DNA of 63,412 nt from Candidatus Aenigmatarchaeota archaeon (GCA_023137195.1 JAGLPV010000044.1:1-63412); one strand, 5' to 3'; positions 1 to 10,653 are shown, counted from the stretch's first letter. The notes: generated by a model not told the origin, from the sequence alone. Numbers and translations: made by a program.

Positions 1-2
1 CT

Positions 3-284
3 ACGTTGATGCACAGCGAAGTTGCGGATATTATTAAATATGCGCTGGATAAGGAGTTCTTAAAGAGCAGAAAAATGCTGATGAGCCTGATGATTGAGAA
101 AGGAGTCAGTGGGTTTGAGATAATACGGGCGATAAACAGGCATGTCTGGAGCATTGATATTGAAGATGAGATGAAGATAAAGATAGTGAAACTTCTGGGG
201 GAATTTGAGTTTAGGATTGCTGAAGGGGGAAGCGAGGATATACAGATAGAGGCGTTTTTGGCTAATCTGGCTGATTTGAAGTAA
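3..284 (+). CDS. rfcS: Replication factor C small subunit, C-terminal part (5' truncated by window)
   Basis: C-terminal helical domain pattern GEFEFRIAEGGSEDIQIEAFLA typical of archaeal RFC-S; frame open to window start. Confidence 0.85.
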   Translation, partial: TLMHSEVADIIKYALDKEFLKSRKMLMSLMIEKGVSGFEIIRAINRHVWSIDIEDEMKIKIVKLLGEFEFRIAEGGSEDIQIEAFLANLADLK

Positions 285-344
285 TAATATTTATGTAATT
301 TTGTTCCATAAAATGAGTTTTATGGAGTTGTGCCATAGAAGAAT

Positions 345-1025
345 ATGAAATTAAATGATGATATCAAAAAGCCAATAGACATGCCAAAACTCCACAGTCC
401 GTTTAAGAGAAGAGAAATTGACGGAGAATATGTTTGCGTGCCGGAAATTGATGATGACTATAGGTGGGTTTTTACTTCTCAGGCAATAGCAATAGAGAAA
501 ATGGACGGGACAAATGTAAGCATAATTGTGGATGGAGAAAAAATAACTTCGATTTATAATAGGAAAAATTTAATAGATATGTGGAAAAAAGGGAACAAAA
601 GGTTTACAGAAGGTATTTTGGAGTCAATTGATCGCGAGGATTTTCTGCCAAATAAAGTTCAGGATGGGCAGTATTTTGGAGAGCTTTTGGGTCCGCGCAT
701 TAATGGCAATCCGTATGAATTAACTCAAAATTTATGGATTCCTTTTTCTGATATGAGTAAAAGATTAAGGTTTAAATTCTGGGATGATTTTGTCTGCGGA
801 CTTGACGGGAAGTCCGATGAAGAGATTTATGAGAAAGTAAGCGATGTTTTCAAAGGGTTGTGGAGTCTTTACAAACGGAAAAGGCGCGTTAAGGGAGATG
901 TTGATGAAAATACTGGATTTGTTGGTCTTGCGGCAGAAGGCATTGTGTTTTATAATGAAGAGACAAACCAGATGGGAAAATTGAGAAGAGATATGTTTGA
1001 CTGGTGGAAAGAGAGGAGGCATTAG
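345..1025 (+). CDS. Putative ATP-dependent RNA ligase (nucleotidyltransferase domain only; Rnl2/RLIG1-like)
   Basis: Motif I EKMDGTN, motif III GELLGPRINGNPY, motif IV AEGIVF, motif V GKLRRD. Confidence 0.7.
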   Translation: MKLNDDIKKPIDMPKLHSPFKRREIDGEYVCVPEIDDDYRWVFTSQAIAIEKMDGTNVSIIVDGEKITSIYNRKNLIDMWKKGNKRFTEGILESIDREDFLPNKVQDGQYFGELLGPRINGNPYELTQNLWIPFSDMSKRLRFKFWDDFVCGLDGKSDEEIYEKVSDVFKGLWSLYKRKRRVKGDVDENTGFVGLAAEGIVFYNEETNQMGKLRRDMFDWWKERRH

Positions 1026-1362
1026 TGATTGGTCATTTGTAGTGCATAAATTATATTGTGCGTTGTAGTGCACATATTAACCTTTAATTATGATTAAAGG
1101 TTTTGGTATAAAACTGTTAATTGTGATTAAGGGTTGTTGTTTGGGATGTATTTTTAGAGTAGGAATAATATTGTATTTTTCTGTTATTTATCATTTGTGT
1201 GTGACAAAAATAGATGGATTTGTCATTTATGAGTAGAATGGTTTGGTTGGAATGTGGCGTTTTTGGCTATATTTCTTTGGATAATAACCATACTCCACCC
1301 GGCTTATTTTCCGAAAATAAGACGACTGAAACCTTTTTAAATTCTAATGTTAATAATATTGT

Positions 1363-2655
1363 ATGAATAAAGAATATGTAATACGGCTCATACAAACATT
1401 CAATCCACAATGGACCGGCAAAAAGACAAATACTCCTGAATTTAAGAGAGAAATTCACGAGAAAATCAACAAATACCTCAATAAAAAACAAATCATTGCG
1501 CTGACAGGGATGAGACGAGTCGGAAAAACAACAGTAATGAAACAATTGATGGCAGATATGCCTCAAAAAAAATGCATTTATTTTTCTTTTGATGAAACAG
1601 ACCTACAATCCAAAGAAGTCCTGAATTTTGTCATAAATTACTTCATCAATAATTTTGACGCCAAATATTTGTTTTTTGATGAAATACACTACATTCCAGA
1701 CTGGCAGGGAATATTGAAAAGATATTATGATACATCAAATTTAAAATTCATAATTTCCGGTTCTGCTTCCCTGCATATAAGAAAAGGAAGGGAGAGCCTT
1801 GCCGGCAGAATCATGTATTTTCACCTGCCTCCTTTGGAATTCAGGGAATTCCTGGCATTGAACAAGGAGAAACTTGCATTGAAAGGAAATTTAAAACAAA
1901 TTTATGAGCAAACATTGCCGAGGAAAGAGTTCTTTGAAAAGCAGTTTAAGGAATACATCTACAAAGGTGGGTTCCCGGAAATTGCATGTGAAAATGATGA
2001 AGAATACATCAGGAATTACATTAAAGAAATGGTTGTCAGGAAAATTGTACTTGAGGACATACCTGAAATCATGGAAATAAAAAGAAAAGATGCATTGTAT
2101 GATTTATTTAAATTTGCATGCAAGGAAAGTTCAAATATCTTTGAAATAAATAATTTAGCAAATATGCTTGGCATGAATGCAGAGACAGTTTCAAACTACC
2201 TAATTTACCTGAAATTGTCTTATTTGATAAAAATCTCAGAGACCTATTCAAAGAGTATTGCAACAAGAATAAAGAAAAACAAGAAAATATATGCAACTCA
2301 TCCGTGCATTGCTTTTGCTGTTTTAAACTATGGGAAAAATATTTTGGATGTTGAGCAGTTAGTAGGACAATATGTAGAGACGCTGTTTGCTGAAAAGTTT
2401 TTCTGGAGAAGCAAGGAAAAATACGAGGTGGATGCAGTTATTGAAGGGCAGGATGATGAGTTGTTGCCTATTGAAATCAAATACAGGAATCGGATTGTCA
2501 AAAATGACCTGAAAGGTCTGTTAAAATTCTATGATAAATTCAAATGCAAAAAAGGTATTGTTGTTACTAAAGATTATTTAAAAGAAGAAACCATTGACGG
2601 CAGGAAAATTCAATATATTCCGGCATGGCTGTACTTGTTAAAAAGTAAGAAATAA
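1363..2655 (+). CDS. AAA_14 family ATP-binding protein with DUF4143 and C-terminal PD-(D/E)xK-like motif
   Basis: Walker A GMRRVGKT, Walker B FFDEIH, SGSAS, GRESLAGR, GGFPE, EVD...PIEIK. Confidence 0.9.
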   Translation: MNKEYVIRLIQTFNPQWTGKKTNTPEFKREIHEKINKYLNKKQIIALTGMRRVGKTTVMKQLMADMPQKKCIYFSFDETDLQSKEVLNFVINYFINNFDAKYLFFDEIHYIPDWQGILKRYYDTSNLKFIISGSASLHIRKGRESLAGRIMYFHLPPLEFREFLALNKEKLALKGNLKQIYEQTLPRKEFFEKQFKEYIYKGGFPEIACENDEEYIRNYIKEMVVRKIVLEDIPEIMEIKRKDALYDLFKFACKESSNIFEINNLANMLGMNAETVSNYLIYLKLSYLIKISETYSKSIATRIKKNKKIYATHPCIAFAVLNYGKNILDVEQLVGQYVETLFAEKFFWRSKEKYEVDAVIEGQDDELLPIEIKYRNRIVKNDLKGLLKFYDKFKCKKGIVVTKDYLKEETIDGRKIQYIPAWLYLLKSKK

Positions 2656-2817
2656 TATGTTGGTCCGGGCAATATACGATATAATTGGCAATTCAAAGAG
2701 AAGTAGAATTATAAATGGGTGCAGGGGTTGTGAGTTTTATAGGCATTGATTGATGAGATTCTCTATTTTTCTGAGCACAGCATTTCATCACAACATTTAT
2801 AAAAATAATTGCCCATT

Positions 2818-2910
2818 ATGCTTATGTTTCAAAACAATATTGCAAAAATAGTCTATAATTTGAAAATTGAAGCATCACTGACAAATTTATTCGTGTTATT
2901 GTTATTATAA
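2818..2910 (+). promoter_or_regulatory. Candidate leucine-rich leader peptide (uORF) upstream of leuA
   Basis: MLMFQNNIAKIVYNLKIEASLTNLFVLLLL* (second ATG at 2824), ends in four Leu codons; followed by hairpin 2911-2942 and a T-tract. Confidence 0.4.
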
Positions 2911-2992
2911 AAACGTGTATTATTTTTGATAAATACACATTTATTTTTAGTAAAAGAATGGTTTGTTTTGTAATTAAAAAAAGGAGATAAAA

Positions 2993-4510
2993 ATGGTAAA
3001 AAGAAATATTGAGATATTTGACACAACGCTAAGGGATGGCGAGCAGTCGCCAGGTGCAACGCTTACAATAGATGAGAAATTAAAGATTGCTCACCAGCTG
3101 GCAAAGTTAAATATTGATACAATGGAGGCAGGGTTTCCCATTGCATCGAGTGATGATTTTGAGGCAGTTAAATTGATTGCGCAGAATGTTGAAGGTCCGT
3201 ACATCTGTGGGCTTTGCAGGACTGTTGAGGCGGACATTCAAAGGGCATGGGATGCTGTAAAACATTCCAACAAGCCGTGCATACATACATTTATTGCGAC
3301 TTCAGATTTGCATCTTCAGTATAAACTTAAGAAGACGAGGGAAGAGGCTTTAGAGATGGCAAAGAAAGGAGTCAGGTTGGCAAAGAGCTTTACTGACAGG
3401 GTGGAGTTCTCGGCAGAGGATGCGTCGAGGACAGATAAGGAATATCTATGTGAAGTTATTCAGGCAGTAATAGATGAAGGTGCTGTTGTTGTGAATATCC
3501 CTGATACTGTTGGTTATTCCCAGACTGAAGAATTCGGCGATTTGATAGATTACATCAAGGAAAATGTGGAAAATATTGATGATGCCATCATAAGTGTCCA
3601 TTGCCATAATGATATGGGTTTGGCTGTTGCAAACTCGCTTGAGGCAGTTAGGAGAGGTGCAGGACAGGTTGAAGGGACGATAAACGGGCTGGGAGAGCGT
3701 GCGGGAAATGCAGCTCTTGAAGAAGTCATAATGAATTTCAAGACGAGACCGGATTATTTTGATTGCGATACTGGCATAAATACAACAGAAATATATCCTA
3801 CGAGTAAGATGGTAGCAGAGCATACAGGAATCAGCGTCCAGAGAAACAAGGCAATTGTCGGGGAAAACGCGTTTGCGCATGAGGCAGGAATACACCAGCA
3901 CGGGATGCTGTCGAATCCACTTTGCTATGAAATAATGAAGCCCGAAGATGTCGGTAAAAAAACACAACTGGTGTTTGGGAAGCATTCAGGAAGGCATGCT
4001 GTTGAAAATGGGTTGAAGAAACTTGATTATGAATTCAACCAGGAGCAGTTGAACAAAATAACGCAGAAAATAAAAGACCTTGCGGATAAGCAGAAGACTG
4101 TGCTGGAGGATGACATAATTGCAATAGCAGATTATGAACTGAACAAGTCATCGAAGAAACCCAAAGTTGTGCTTGAAGAGCTGGCTGTTATGACAGGGAA
4201 TAAAATTACACCGACGGCAATTGTAAAGGTCAATGTTGAAGGGAAGCAGAAGATAAGTACTGCGTATGGTATTGGTACGGTTGATGCGGCGACAAATGCG
4301 ATAAGAAATATTCTGGACTCTAATATAAAGTTGAAAGAGTATAATTTAAAGGCAATTACCGGTGGGACAAATGCGCTTGCGGATGTGTCATTGACATTGA
4401 CGGATAGTTTGGAAAAAGAGTACAAGGCAAGGGCAATAGATGAGGATATTGTTATGGCGTCGGTTAAGGCAGTAATAAACGGCATGAATAAGATGGAGAG
4501 AAAGAAGTGA
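2993..4510 (+). CDS. leuA: 2-isopropylmalate synthase
   Basis: [47 protein letters not shown]-terminal regulatory domain; AGGAG upstream. Confidence 0.92.
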   Translation: MVKRNIEIFDTTLRDGEQSPGATLTIDEKLKIAHQLAKLNIDTMEAGFPIASSDDFEAVKLIAQNVEGPYICGLCRTVEADIQRAWDAVKHSNKPCIHTFIATSDLHLQYKLKKTREEALEMAKKGVRLAKSFTDRVEFSAEDASRTDKEYLCEVIQAVIDEGAVVVNIPDTVGYSQTEEFGDLIDYIKENVENIDDAIISVHCHNDMGLAVANSLEAVRRGAGQVEGTINGLGERAGNAALEEVIMNFKTRPDYFDCDTGINTTEIYPTSKMVAEHTGISVQRNKAIVGENAFAHEAGIHQHGMLSNPLCYEIMKPEDVGKKTQLVFGKHSGRHAVENGLKKLDYEFNQEQLNKITQKIKDLADKQKTVLEDDIIAIADYELNKSSKKPKVVLEELAVMTGNKITPTAIVKVNVEGKQKISTAYGIGTVDAATNAIRNILDSNIKLKEYNLKAITGGTNALADVSLTLTDSLEKEYKARAIDEDIVMASVKAVINGMNKMERKK

Positions 4511-4515
4511 TTAAA

Positions 4516-5475
4516 ATGGCAGAAGGATTAGATGCAGTAAAGCAGGAAAAAATATGGATGAATGGGAAACTTGTCAGATGGGATGATGCAAAGGTGCATG
4601 TGTTGGCGCATGGTCTTCATTATGGTTCAAGCGTGTTTGAAGGGATACGTTGCTATGACACGAAAAATGGCGTAGGAATATTTCGTTTAGAGGAACATAT
4701 TGACCGGCTTATGGATTCAGCAAAAATTTATTGTATGGATGATATAGGATATTCTAAAGTGGATTTGGTTGATGCGTGCAAGGAAGTAGTCAGAACAAAT
4801 AAATTGAAAAGTGCTTATGTTCGTCCTATAATATACAGAGGATATGGCGGTCTTGCTGTCATTGCAAAAGAGAGTAAAATTGAAGTGAGCATTGCGGCAT
4901 GGCCATGGGGCGCATACCTGGGAGAGGCGGCGTCTACTGGTTTGAGCGTGAAGGTAAGTTCATGGACAAAACTTGCACCAAATACTATGCCTTTTTTAGC
5001 TAAGGCAGGGGCCAATTACATGAATTCGCAACTGGCAGTTATGGAGGTTGTACGTGATGGTTATGATGAGGCAATATTGCTGGATAATGAGGGATTTGTT
5101 TCTGAGGGAAGCGGAGAGAATCTGTTTTTGGTTAAGGATGATGTGATTTACACACCGACAATTGCTTCTTCGATACTTAATGGCATTACAAGAAAGTCAG
5201 TCCTTGCGATTGCGAAAAAGTTTGGCTTGAAAATAAGGGAAGATAAGATACCAAGAGAGATGCTCTATATTGCAGATGAATTATTTTTTAGCGGGACAGC
5301 GGCAGAAATATCAGCAATAACTTTTGTTGACAAGATAAAAGTTGCAGAAGGGAAAGTTGGTCCGGTGACGAAAAAGATAAGGGATGAATTTTGTAAAGTG
5401 ATTCAGACGGGAGAGCCGAAGGAATGGTTTAGTTTTATCCACAGGAAGACACAGAACCCACAGGAACCGATTTAA
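4516..5475 (+). CDS. ilvE: Branched-chain amino acid aminotransferase (alternative GTG start 4507)
   Basis: HGLHYGSSVFEGIR, AKAGANY, SEGSGENLF, ILNGITR, GTAAEI. Confidence 0.93.
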   Translation: MAEGLDAVKQEKIWMNGKLVRWDDAKVHVLAHGLHYGSSVFEGIRCYDTKNGVGIFRLEEHIDRLMDSAKIYCMDDIGYSKVDLVDACKEVVRTNKLKSAYVRPIIYRGYGGLAVIAKESKIEVSIAAWPWGAYLGEAASTGLSVKVSSWTKLAPNTMPFLAKAGANYMNSQLAVMEVVRDGYDEAILLDNEGFVSEGSGENLFLVKDDVIYTPTIASSILNGITRKSVLAIAKKFGLKIREDKIPREMLYIADELFFSGTAAEISAITFVDKIKVAEGKVGPVTKKIRDEFCKVIQTGEPKEWFSFIHRKTQNPQEPI

Positions 5476-5502
5476 TCCACAGATTACACAGATTCCACGA
5501 GA
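5435..5502 (+). repeat. Two adjacent copies of a 9-nt-period CCACAGA-type repeat
   Basis: ttatccacaggaagacacagaacccacagga (5435-5465) and ttaatccacagattacacagattccacgaga (5472-5502); related copy at 63233-63263. Confidence 0.6.
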
Positions 5503-5698
5503 TTATTTCTTCTTGTAAGTTCCTGTGTGTTATTCAATAAAGTTGAATGTGTAAAATATCTATAGAATATAGGAGAAAATTAGTTTATTTTCTTAGTCAA
5601 CAATCCTGAATTTTCTCTGACAGGACTGTTTTTTTGTTTTTTATTGATTTTTTGCAAAAATTATTTAACCTTTTTGGCACTATATAGGGGGGTATATT

Positions 5699-6664
5699 AT
5701 GAAAGTAGGAATTATTGGTGTAGGAAATATTGGTCTGGAGCTTAGAGGAAAATTAGGGTTATTGGATTGGGATGTTGAATTTGTTTTAAAGTCAGATGGC
5801 GTTTACAAAAATGAGCAAAAAATTGATGTTCTTGAAAACTATCTTAGTTATTGCGAGAGTGTAGATGTGGTGTTTTTGGCGATTCCTACTTCGGATGACG
5901 GGAAAGTAGCTTCTGACTATATTTATAATATCGTAAACAAAAATATTCCTGTGGTTACTTGCGAGAAGGGAGCGTTGTCTAATTACTATTCGCGGTTGGA
6001 GCCATATTTGGATAAAATCGGGTATAGTGCTTCTGTAGGCGGAGGAACGAGATTATTGAACTATGCCGAGACGATGATGAGCGAGGATGTTACGAGTATG
6101 CATTTGATAGTGAACGGGACTTTGAATTATATTTTTGAACAAATGTCAAAAGATGAAAGTATAGGAGAGGCAGTTAAAAATGCACAGAGGTTAGGGTATG
6201 TGGAGCCAGGGGCTACTGATATTTTGGATATTATAAATGGAGAGGCATGTTCTGATGTGCCTATGAAAATTTCAATATTGCACAATGTTTGCGGGTTGGG
6301 GAAACCGATAAAGGCGAAGGATATAAAAGTGAAAAAAATAAGCAAAATTGAGTTAGAGCAGTTGATAGATGAAGCTCACCTCAGGAGGTATGTTGTGTCA
6401 TTTAGAAAAAATTTTTTAGAGGAAGACGGTGTTATTGGAGGGTTTGTTTATAAGGCAGGCGAGTGGAACATTTGCGCGGGTTTTAAGGATATTTCTAAAA
6501 ATAAGATATATATGCAGTTGAAATCTTCAGAGGTGAACAATGCGATATTGATTACAAAAGGAGTTTACAATGCAGATGGCATTTATAAATTGAAAGGACC
6601 TGGTGCGGGTGCGGGACCTACGACGTCTTCCATGATAAAGGATGCAATGACTTTTTTTAAATAA
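5699..6664 (+). CDS. hom: Homoserine dehydrogenase (short form, no ACT domain)
   Basis: GVGNIG Rossmann motif, VVTCEKGAL, ASVGGG, IVNGTLNYI, AQRLGYVEP, GPGAGAGPT. Confidence 0.85.
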   Translation: MKVGIIGVGNIGLELRGKLGLLDWDVEFVLKSDGVYKNEQKIDVLENYLSYCESVDVVFLAIPTSDDGKVASDYIYNIVNKNIPVVTCEKGALSNYYSRLEPYLDKIGYSASVGGGTRLLNYAETMMSEDVTSMHLIVNGTLNYIFEQMSKDESIGEAVKNAQRLGYVEPGATDILDIINGEACSDVPMKISILHNVCGLGKPIKAKDIKVKKISKIELEQLIDEAHLRRYVVSFRKNFLEEDGVIGGFVYKAGEWNICAGFKDISKNKIYMQLKSSEVNNAILITKGVYNADGIYKLKGPGAGAGPTTSSMIKDAMTFFK

Positions 6665-6684
6665 ATAATAAATTTTGATTTGAT

Positions 6685-8049
6685 ATGATTGTTGCAAAAT
6701 TCGGAGGGAGTTCGCTGGCAGATACTCAAAGGATAATTAATGCTGCTAAAATTCTCCTGGAAATAAAGGGAGAAAGTGAAGTTGTGTCTGTTGTGTCTGC
6801 TGTGGGAGATACAACGGATTTTCTTATTGATGCGGTAAAAAATGCAGGAAAAATAGATATTGAAAAAACTGTTGATGAATTGTATTCTAGTCATCATAAG
6901 ATTCTTGGGCAAATCAAGACGACGATTGATGAAGAGGATGAAAAGAAATTAAAATCATTTTGCAGTTCGGTTAAACAGAGACTGGTTTTGGTGAATCAGC
7001 AGGGTATGGCAAAACCAGAGGATATCGACTATATTGGAGGGTTTGGAGAGAAGTTCTCTGCGTTTTTTTTGTCGTGTGCAATAGAGCAATTAGGTTTTAA
7101 GTCAGTTGTTCTCCAGGGGGATGATAATCTTATATTTACGGATGATAATTTTAATAATGCAGATGTTTTCTTTGACAGGACAAATGATGCTTTGAAAAAT
7201 AAGATTGCGCCTTTGTTGAAAGAAAATATTGTTGTTTTTACCGGCTTTGTCGGGACGACTTTAGATAATAGGACAACAACACTTGGGCGGGGTAGTTCTG
7301 ATTATATTGCATCTATTATTGGTGCGGCGCTGGATTCAGAAGAGATTCGAATTTATACAGATGTGGATGGAATAATGACAGCAGACCCGAGAATAGTGAA
7401 GAGAGCAAAGACAATATCAAAAATGGATTTCAATGAGATGAGCGAACTTGCAACGTTTGGCGCTCGTGTGCTTCATCCGAAGACAATTGAACCGGCAATG
7501 AAAAAAGATATCTGCGTGAAGGTGATTAATTCATTTAATCCGTCTTCTTTTACAGAAATTTTTAGAAAAAATACTAAAGGCAATACAACTGTAAAGGCAG
7601 TATCCTCAAATAGAGATATTACGATTCTTAATATTAATTCAACAAGGATGCTTAATAGTTTTGGTTTTATGGCAAAGGCATTTAATATTTTTCTGGAGGA
7701 AGAGGTTTCTGTTGACATGGTGTCAACTTCAGAGGTAAATATTTCTTTATCTATAAATAAATGTGTTTCGGAAGAAAAAGTACAAAAAGTAGTTGATAAA
7801 TTGAGTGTCTTTTCGTGCACTACTTTAGAAAAGAATAAGGCGATTATTTGTGTTATTGGAGAAGGGCTAAAGCACAGGCATGGCGTTGCAGGGAAAGTAT
7901 TCTCAATCATGGGAAATAATAAGGTCAATGTCGAGATGATTTCGCAAGGGGCGTCTGAGATAAATATAGCATTTGTTGTGGATAATAAAGATGAGAAAAA
8001 AGCAGTTATTGCTTTGCATGATGAATTGATAAATGGTTCAGACAATTAA
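6685..8049 (+). CDS. lysC: Aspartate kinase
   Basis: VAKFGGSSL, TTLGRGSSDY, YTDVDGIMTADPR, two ACT domains (MISQGASEINI). Confidence 0.93.
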   Translation: MIVAKFGGSSLADTQRIINAAKILLEIKGESEVVSVVSAVGDTTDFLIDAVKNAGKIDIEKTVDELYSSHHKILGQIKTTIDEEDEKKLKSFCSSVKQRLVLVNQQGMAKPEDIDYIGGFGEKFSAFFLSCAIEQLGFKSVVLQGDDNLIFTDDNFNNADVFFDRTNDALKNKIAPLLKENIVVFTGFVGTTLDNRTTTLGRGSSDYIASIIGAALDSEEIRIYTDVDGIMTADPRIVKRAKTISKMDFNEMSELATFGARVLHPKTIEPAMKKDICVKVINSFNPSSFTEIFRKNTKGNTTVKAVSSNRDITILNINSTRMLNSFGFMAKAFNIFLEEEVSVDMVSTSEVNISLSINKCVSEEKVQKVVDKLSVFSCTTLEKNKAIICVIGEGLKHRHGVAGKVFSIMGNNKVNVEMISQGASEINIAFVVDNKDEKKAVIALHDELINGSDN

Positions 8050-8133
8050 AAATCATGCGGTTTGATTTTTTTTACGGAATTGTCTAAACTTCTACAAAAG
8101 AGTGGGAGTTTATACACAATGAAAAAGGCACAT

Positions 8134-10551
8134 CTAATCACTGCGCTTGATTTCCTTCTTCATTTTTTTTATTTCTTTTCTTAGTTTTTTCCATTCTTCG
8201 AAGAATCTTTTTGCTGTTTTTGGAATATGCTCTTTTTCGACATTTAGGGTTTGGCAGCATTCATTTAATATTTCTTCCTGCTGGCGTATGTATTTTAGAG
8301 CGGAATTCCCGGAAGTGAAAATTAATCTTACCACACCGTCCTGTATTTTTTTTTGATCTATTATCTTGATGAATTTTAGTATTCCTGTCCTGTCAACATG
8401 TGTTCCGCCGCATGCTTCTATGTCGATGTCGCCTGTTTTTATGATTCTTAATTTTTTCTGAGGAATTGCGCCACCCTGGTATATTCCAAAGCCGTATTTT
8501 TCTTCTGCGATGTTTCTCATTATGGTGTCTATTTTAACAGGGATGTCTTTGTCGATTATGTTGTTTGCGATGTCCTCTATTTTTTGCAGTTGTTCTTTGG
8601 TCAGCAATTTGTAATGGGTGATATCCAGTCTTGCTTTAGATTCGTCTTTATAGGCACCACACTGCCAGATGTGTTTTCCAAGTACTGTTCTTGCTGCGGC
8701 GTTGATTATGTGCGTTGCGCTGTGGTTAAGGGTGAGGTTTTTTCTCCTGTTGAAATCTGTTTTCAGGCAAACATTTTGTTTTGGCTTAAGGGTTAATTTT
8801 TTGTCTAATACATGGACAGTGACTCCGTTTATGTTTAATGCATCCACGATGTTTGCCAGTTTGTTTTTATTTTCGTCATAGAGTTCTCCATTGTCGTGTT
8901 CCTGACCACCGGAAGTTGCGTAAATACAGGTCTTATTGCAGATAAGGAAATTGTTTTTGGAGATTAATACCTGGCTTTTTGTTTCTATATTGGTCCAGTC
9001 AAGTGCATAGGTTTTGATTGTTAATGGCATGTTTTTTATTAAGTTTAGCATATCAGGGTCTTTGACCTTTGTTTTAATAGCATCATTTATTTGCGATAAC
9101 CTGCCGTAGAATCCTTCCGGGATTGCGTTGATTAGCTTGTTCTTTTCGAGTTCCCTTAGGTCTATTCCTTTTGACTGGTAGAGGATAGATAGTTCTTTTT
9201 CTTCAATAGTTCTGTCTTTGTATTTTTTTTTCAACCGTGAGATTATCTCTTTTGTTTTTGTTTTCTGGGTTTTATATTTTTCTTCCTCGTTTTTTATGAT
9301 TTCTTCAATATCATCTAAATTTTGTTTTAGGGTAGGGTATTGACTTTTGAGGTAATCTTTGTGATTTTCCATGATTGAGAGGAAATCAATGTCTAAATCG
9401 TATTTTTCGGATAAGCCCATGGCGCGTCGGTAAAGTAGTCTTAGGTTGTATCCGCCGCCTGTGTTGGAGAACAAAGCCCCGTCGGATAGTGCCATTAGAA
9501 TAGTTCTGCTGTGGTCTAGTATAGCGTAGACAGCTGATTTTTTCAGGATGGTGGATTTTAATTGAGATTCATCAATGTTTATTTTTTTGGCTATTTCTCC
9601 CCATAAATGCGGTGAATTTTCATTTTCGTCGAAGTCAAATATTCCGCTGTAGGGCATGAAAGAAGACATTACTTCTTTTTCTTCATTGGAATAAGAAAAG
9701 AGACCCTTGTTTTTTAGGTAATTGATTTGTTTTTCAAATACTACATCGTAGCTTGTATTTTTGCTGTTGCCGTACCATGCGATTCGCTCCTGTCCAAGAC
9801 CCATGTCGAGTACGTTGATGTCCAAGGGTTCGGGTTTGCCACCAGTTATGTCGTATTTCATATAGACCTGGTTTGCCAGTTCCAGTCCCCCGGAGAAAAA
9901 TTCCATTGAAGCACCCATGTTTCCGCCGCCAGCCCAGCTGTCTTCGTGGATGATTAAATCCTCTGTTTTAAAGCCGATATCTACGAACCAGTCGAAGAGA
10001 TCGCAGAAATAATCTGCCTGCCTGTAATTTTTTTCATTTTCAAAAGCGTGTTGTCCTATCATTACAAAGCCGGTGTAATGCCTTCCGGTAATGCCAACAT
10101 TGTCGATGTCTGAAAATCTCAGGCAAAATTGAGGGACAGTCAATGGGTTTGCAGGGGGTTCTATTTCCCCGTTTACGACATATGGCTGGAAATCGGCGAT
10201 GGAGGCGATTGTAAAGTCAAGGTCTTCTCTCCATCTTGCTACGGTCGGGTATGCCCGTATAGGAGTATAATTTCTTTTTTTTAAGAATCCTGAAAATTTT
10301 TTCCAGACATCCAGGTATTCTATTGGTTTTATGGTTTTTTTGTTTATGAATTCATATTTTCCACGGCATTCTGCATCGCCACAGACATCAATATCTGAGT
10401 CAAGAGCCCAGAAATATGTTTTGCATACTTTGCATTGTTTCCTGGTAAAACCCTTGTTTTTCAGGACATCAACAGGATAATATTTGGACGGGCTTTTTTG
10501 TGCTTCTGTCTTAAATTGTTTTTTTATTTGTTTTTCAGCATTAGTTGCCAT
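8134..10551 (-). CDS. alaS: Alanine--tRNA ligase (archaeal type, apparently without the C-Ala domain)
   Basis: ARWRED, TIASIADFQP, DNVGITGRH, editing motifs HSATH and CGGTH. Confidence 0.95.
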   Translation of the reverse strand: MATNAEKQIKKQFKTEAQKSPSKYYPVDVLKNKGFTRKQCKVCKTYFWALDSDIDVCGDAECRGKYEFINKKTIKPIEYLDVWKKFSGFLKKRNYTPIRAYPTVARWREDLDFTIASIADFQPYVVNGEIEPPANPLTVPQFCLRFSDIDNVGITGRHYTGFVMIGQHAFENEKNYRQADYFCDLFDWFVDIGFKTEDLIIHEDSWAGGGNMGASMEFFSGGLELANQVYMKYDITGGKPEPLDINVLDMGLGQERIAWYGNSKNTSYDVVFEKQINYLKNKGLFSYSNEEKEVMSSFMPYSGIFDFDENENSPHLWGEIAKKINIDESQLKSTILKKSAVYAILDHSRTILMALSDGALFSNTGGGYNLRLLYRRAMGLSEKYDLDIDFLSIMENHKDYLKSQYPTLKQNLDDIEEIIKNEEEKYKTQKTKTKEIISRLKKKYKDRTIEEKELSILYQSKGIDLRELEKNKLINAIPEGFYGRLSQINDAIKTKVKDPDMLNLIKNMPLTIKTYALDWTNIETKSQVLISKNNFLICNKTCIYATSGGQEHDNGELYDENKNKLANIVDALNINGVTVHVLDKKLTLKPKQNVCLKTDFNRRKNLTLNHSATHIINAAARTVLGKHIWQCGAYKDESKARLDITHYKLLTKEQLQKIEDIANNIIDKDIPVKIDTIMRNIAEEKYGFGIYQGGAIPQKKLRIIKTGDIDIEACGGTHVDRTGILKFIKIIDQKKIQDGVVRLIFTSGNSALKYIRQQEEILNECCQTLNVEKEHIPKTAKRFFEEWKKLRKEIKKMKKEIKRSD

Positions 10552-10653
10552 AAAATCATAAAATATAGGATTGAATATTTATTTAAATATTGGTATTTGC
10601 TAATTGAAGAGTTTTGTTGAATATGTTTATATATTTTATGTTCTTTAATATAT

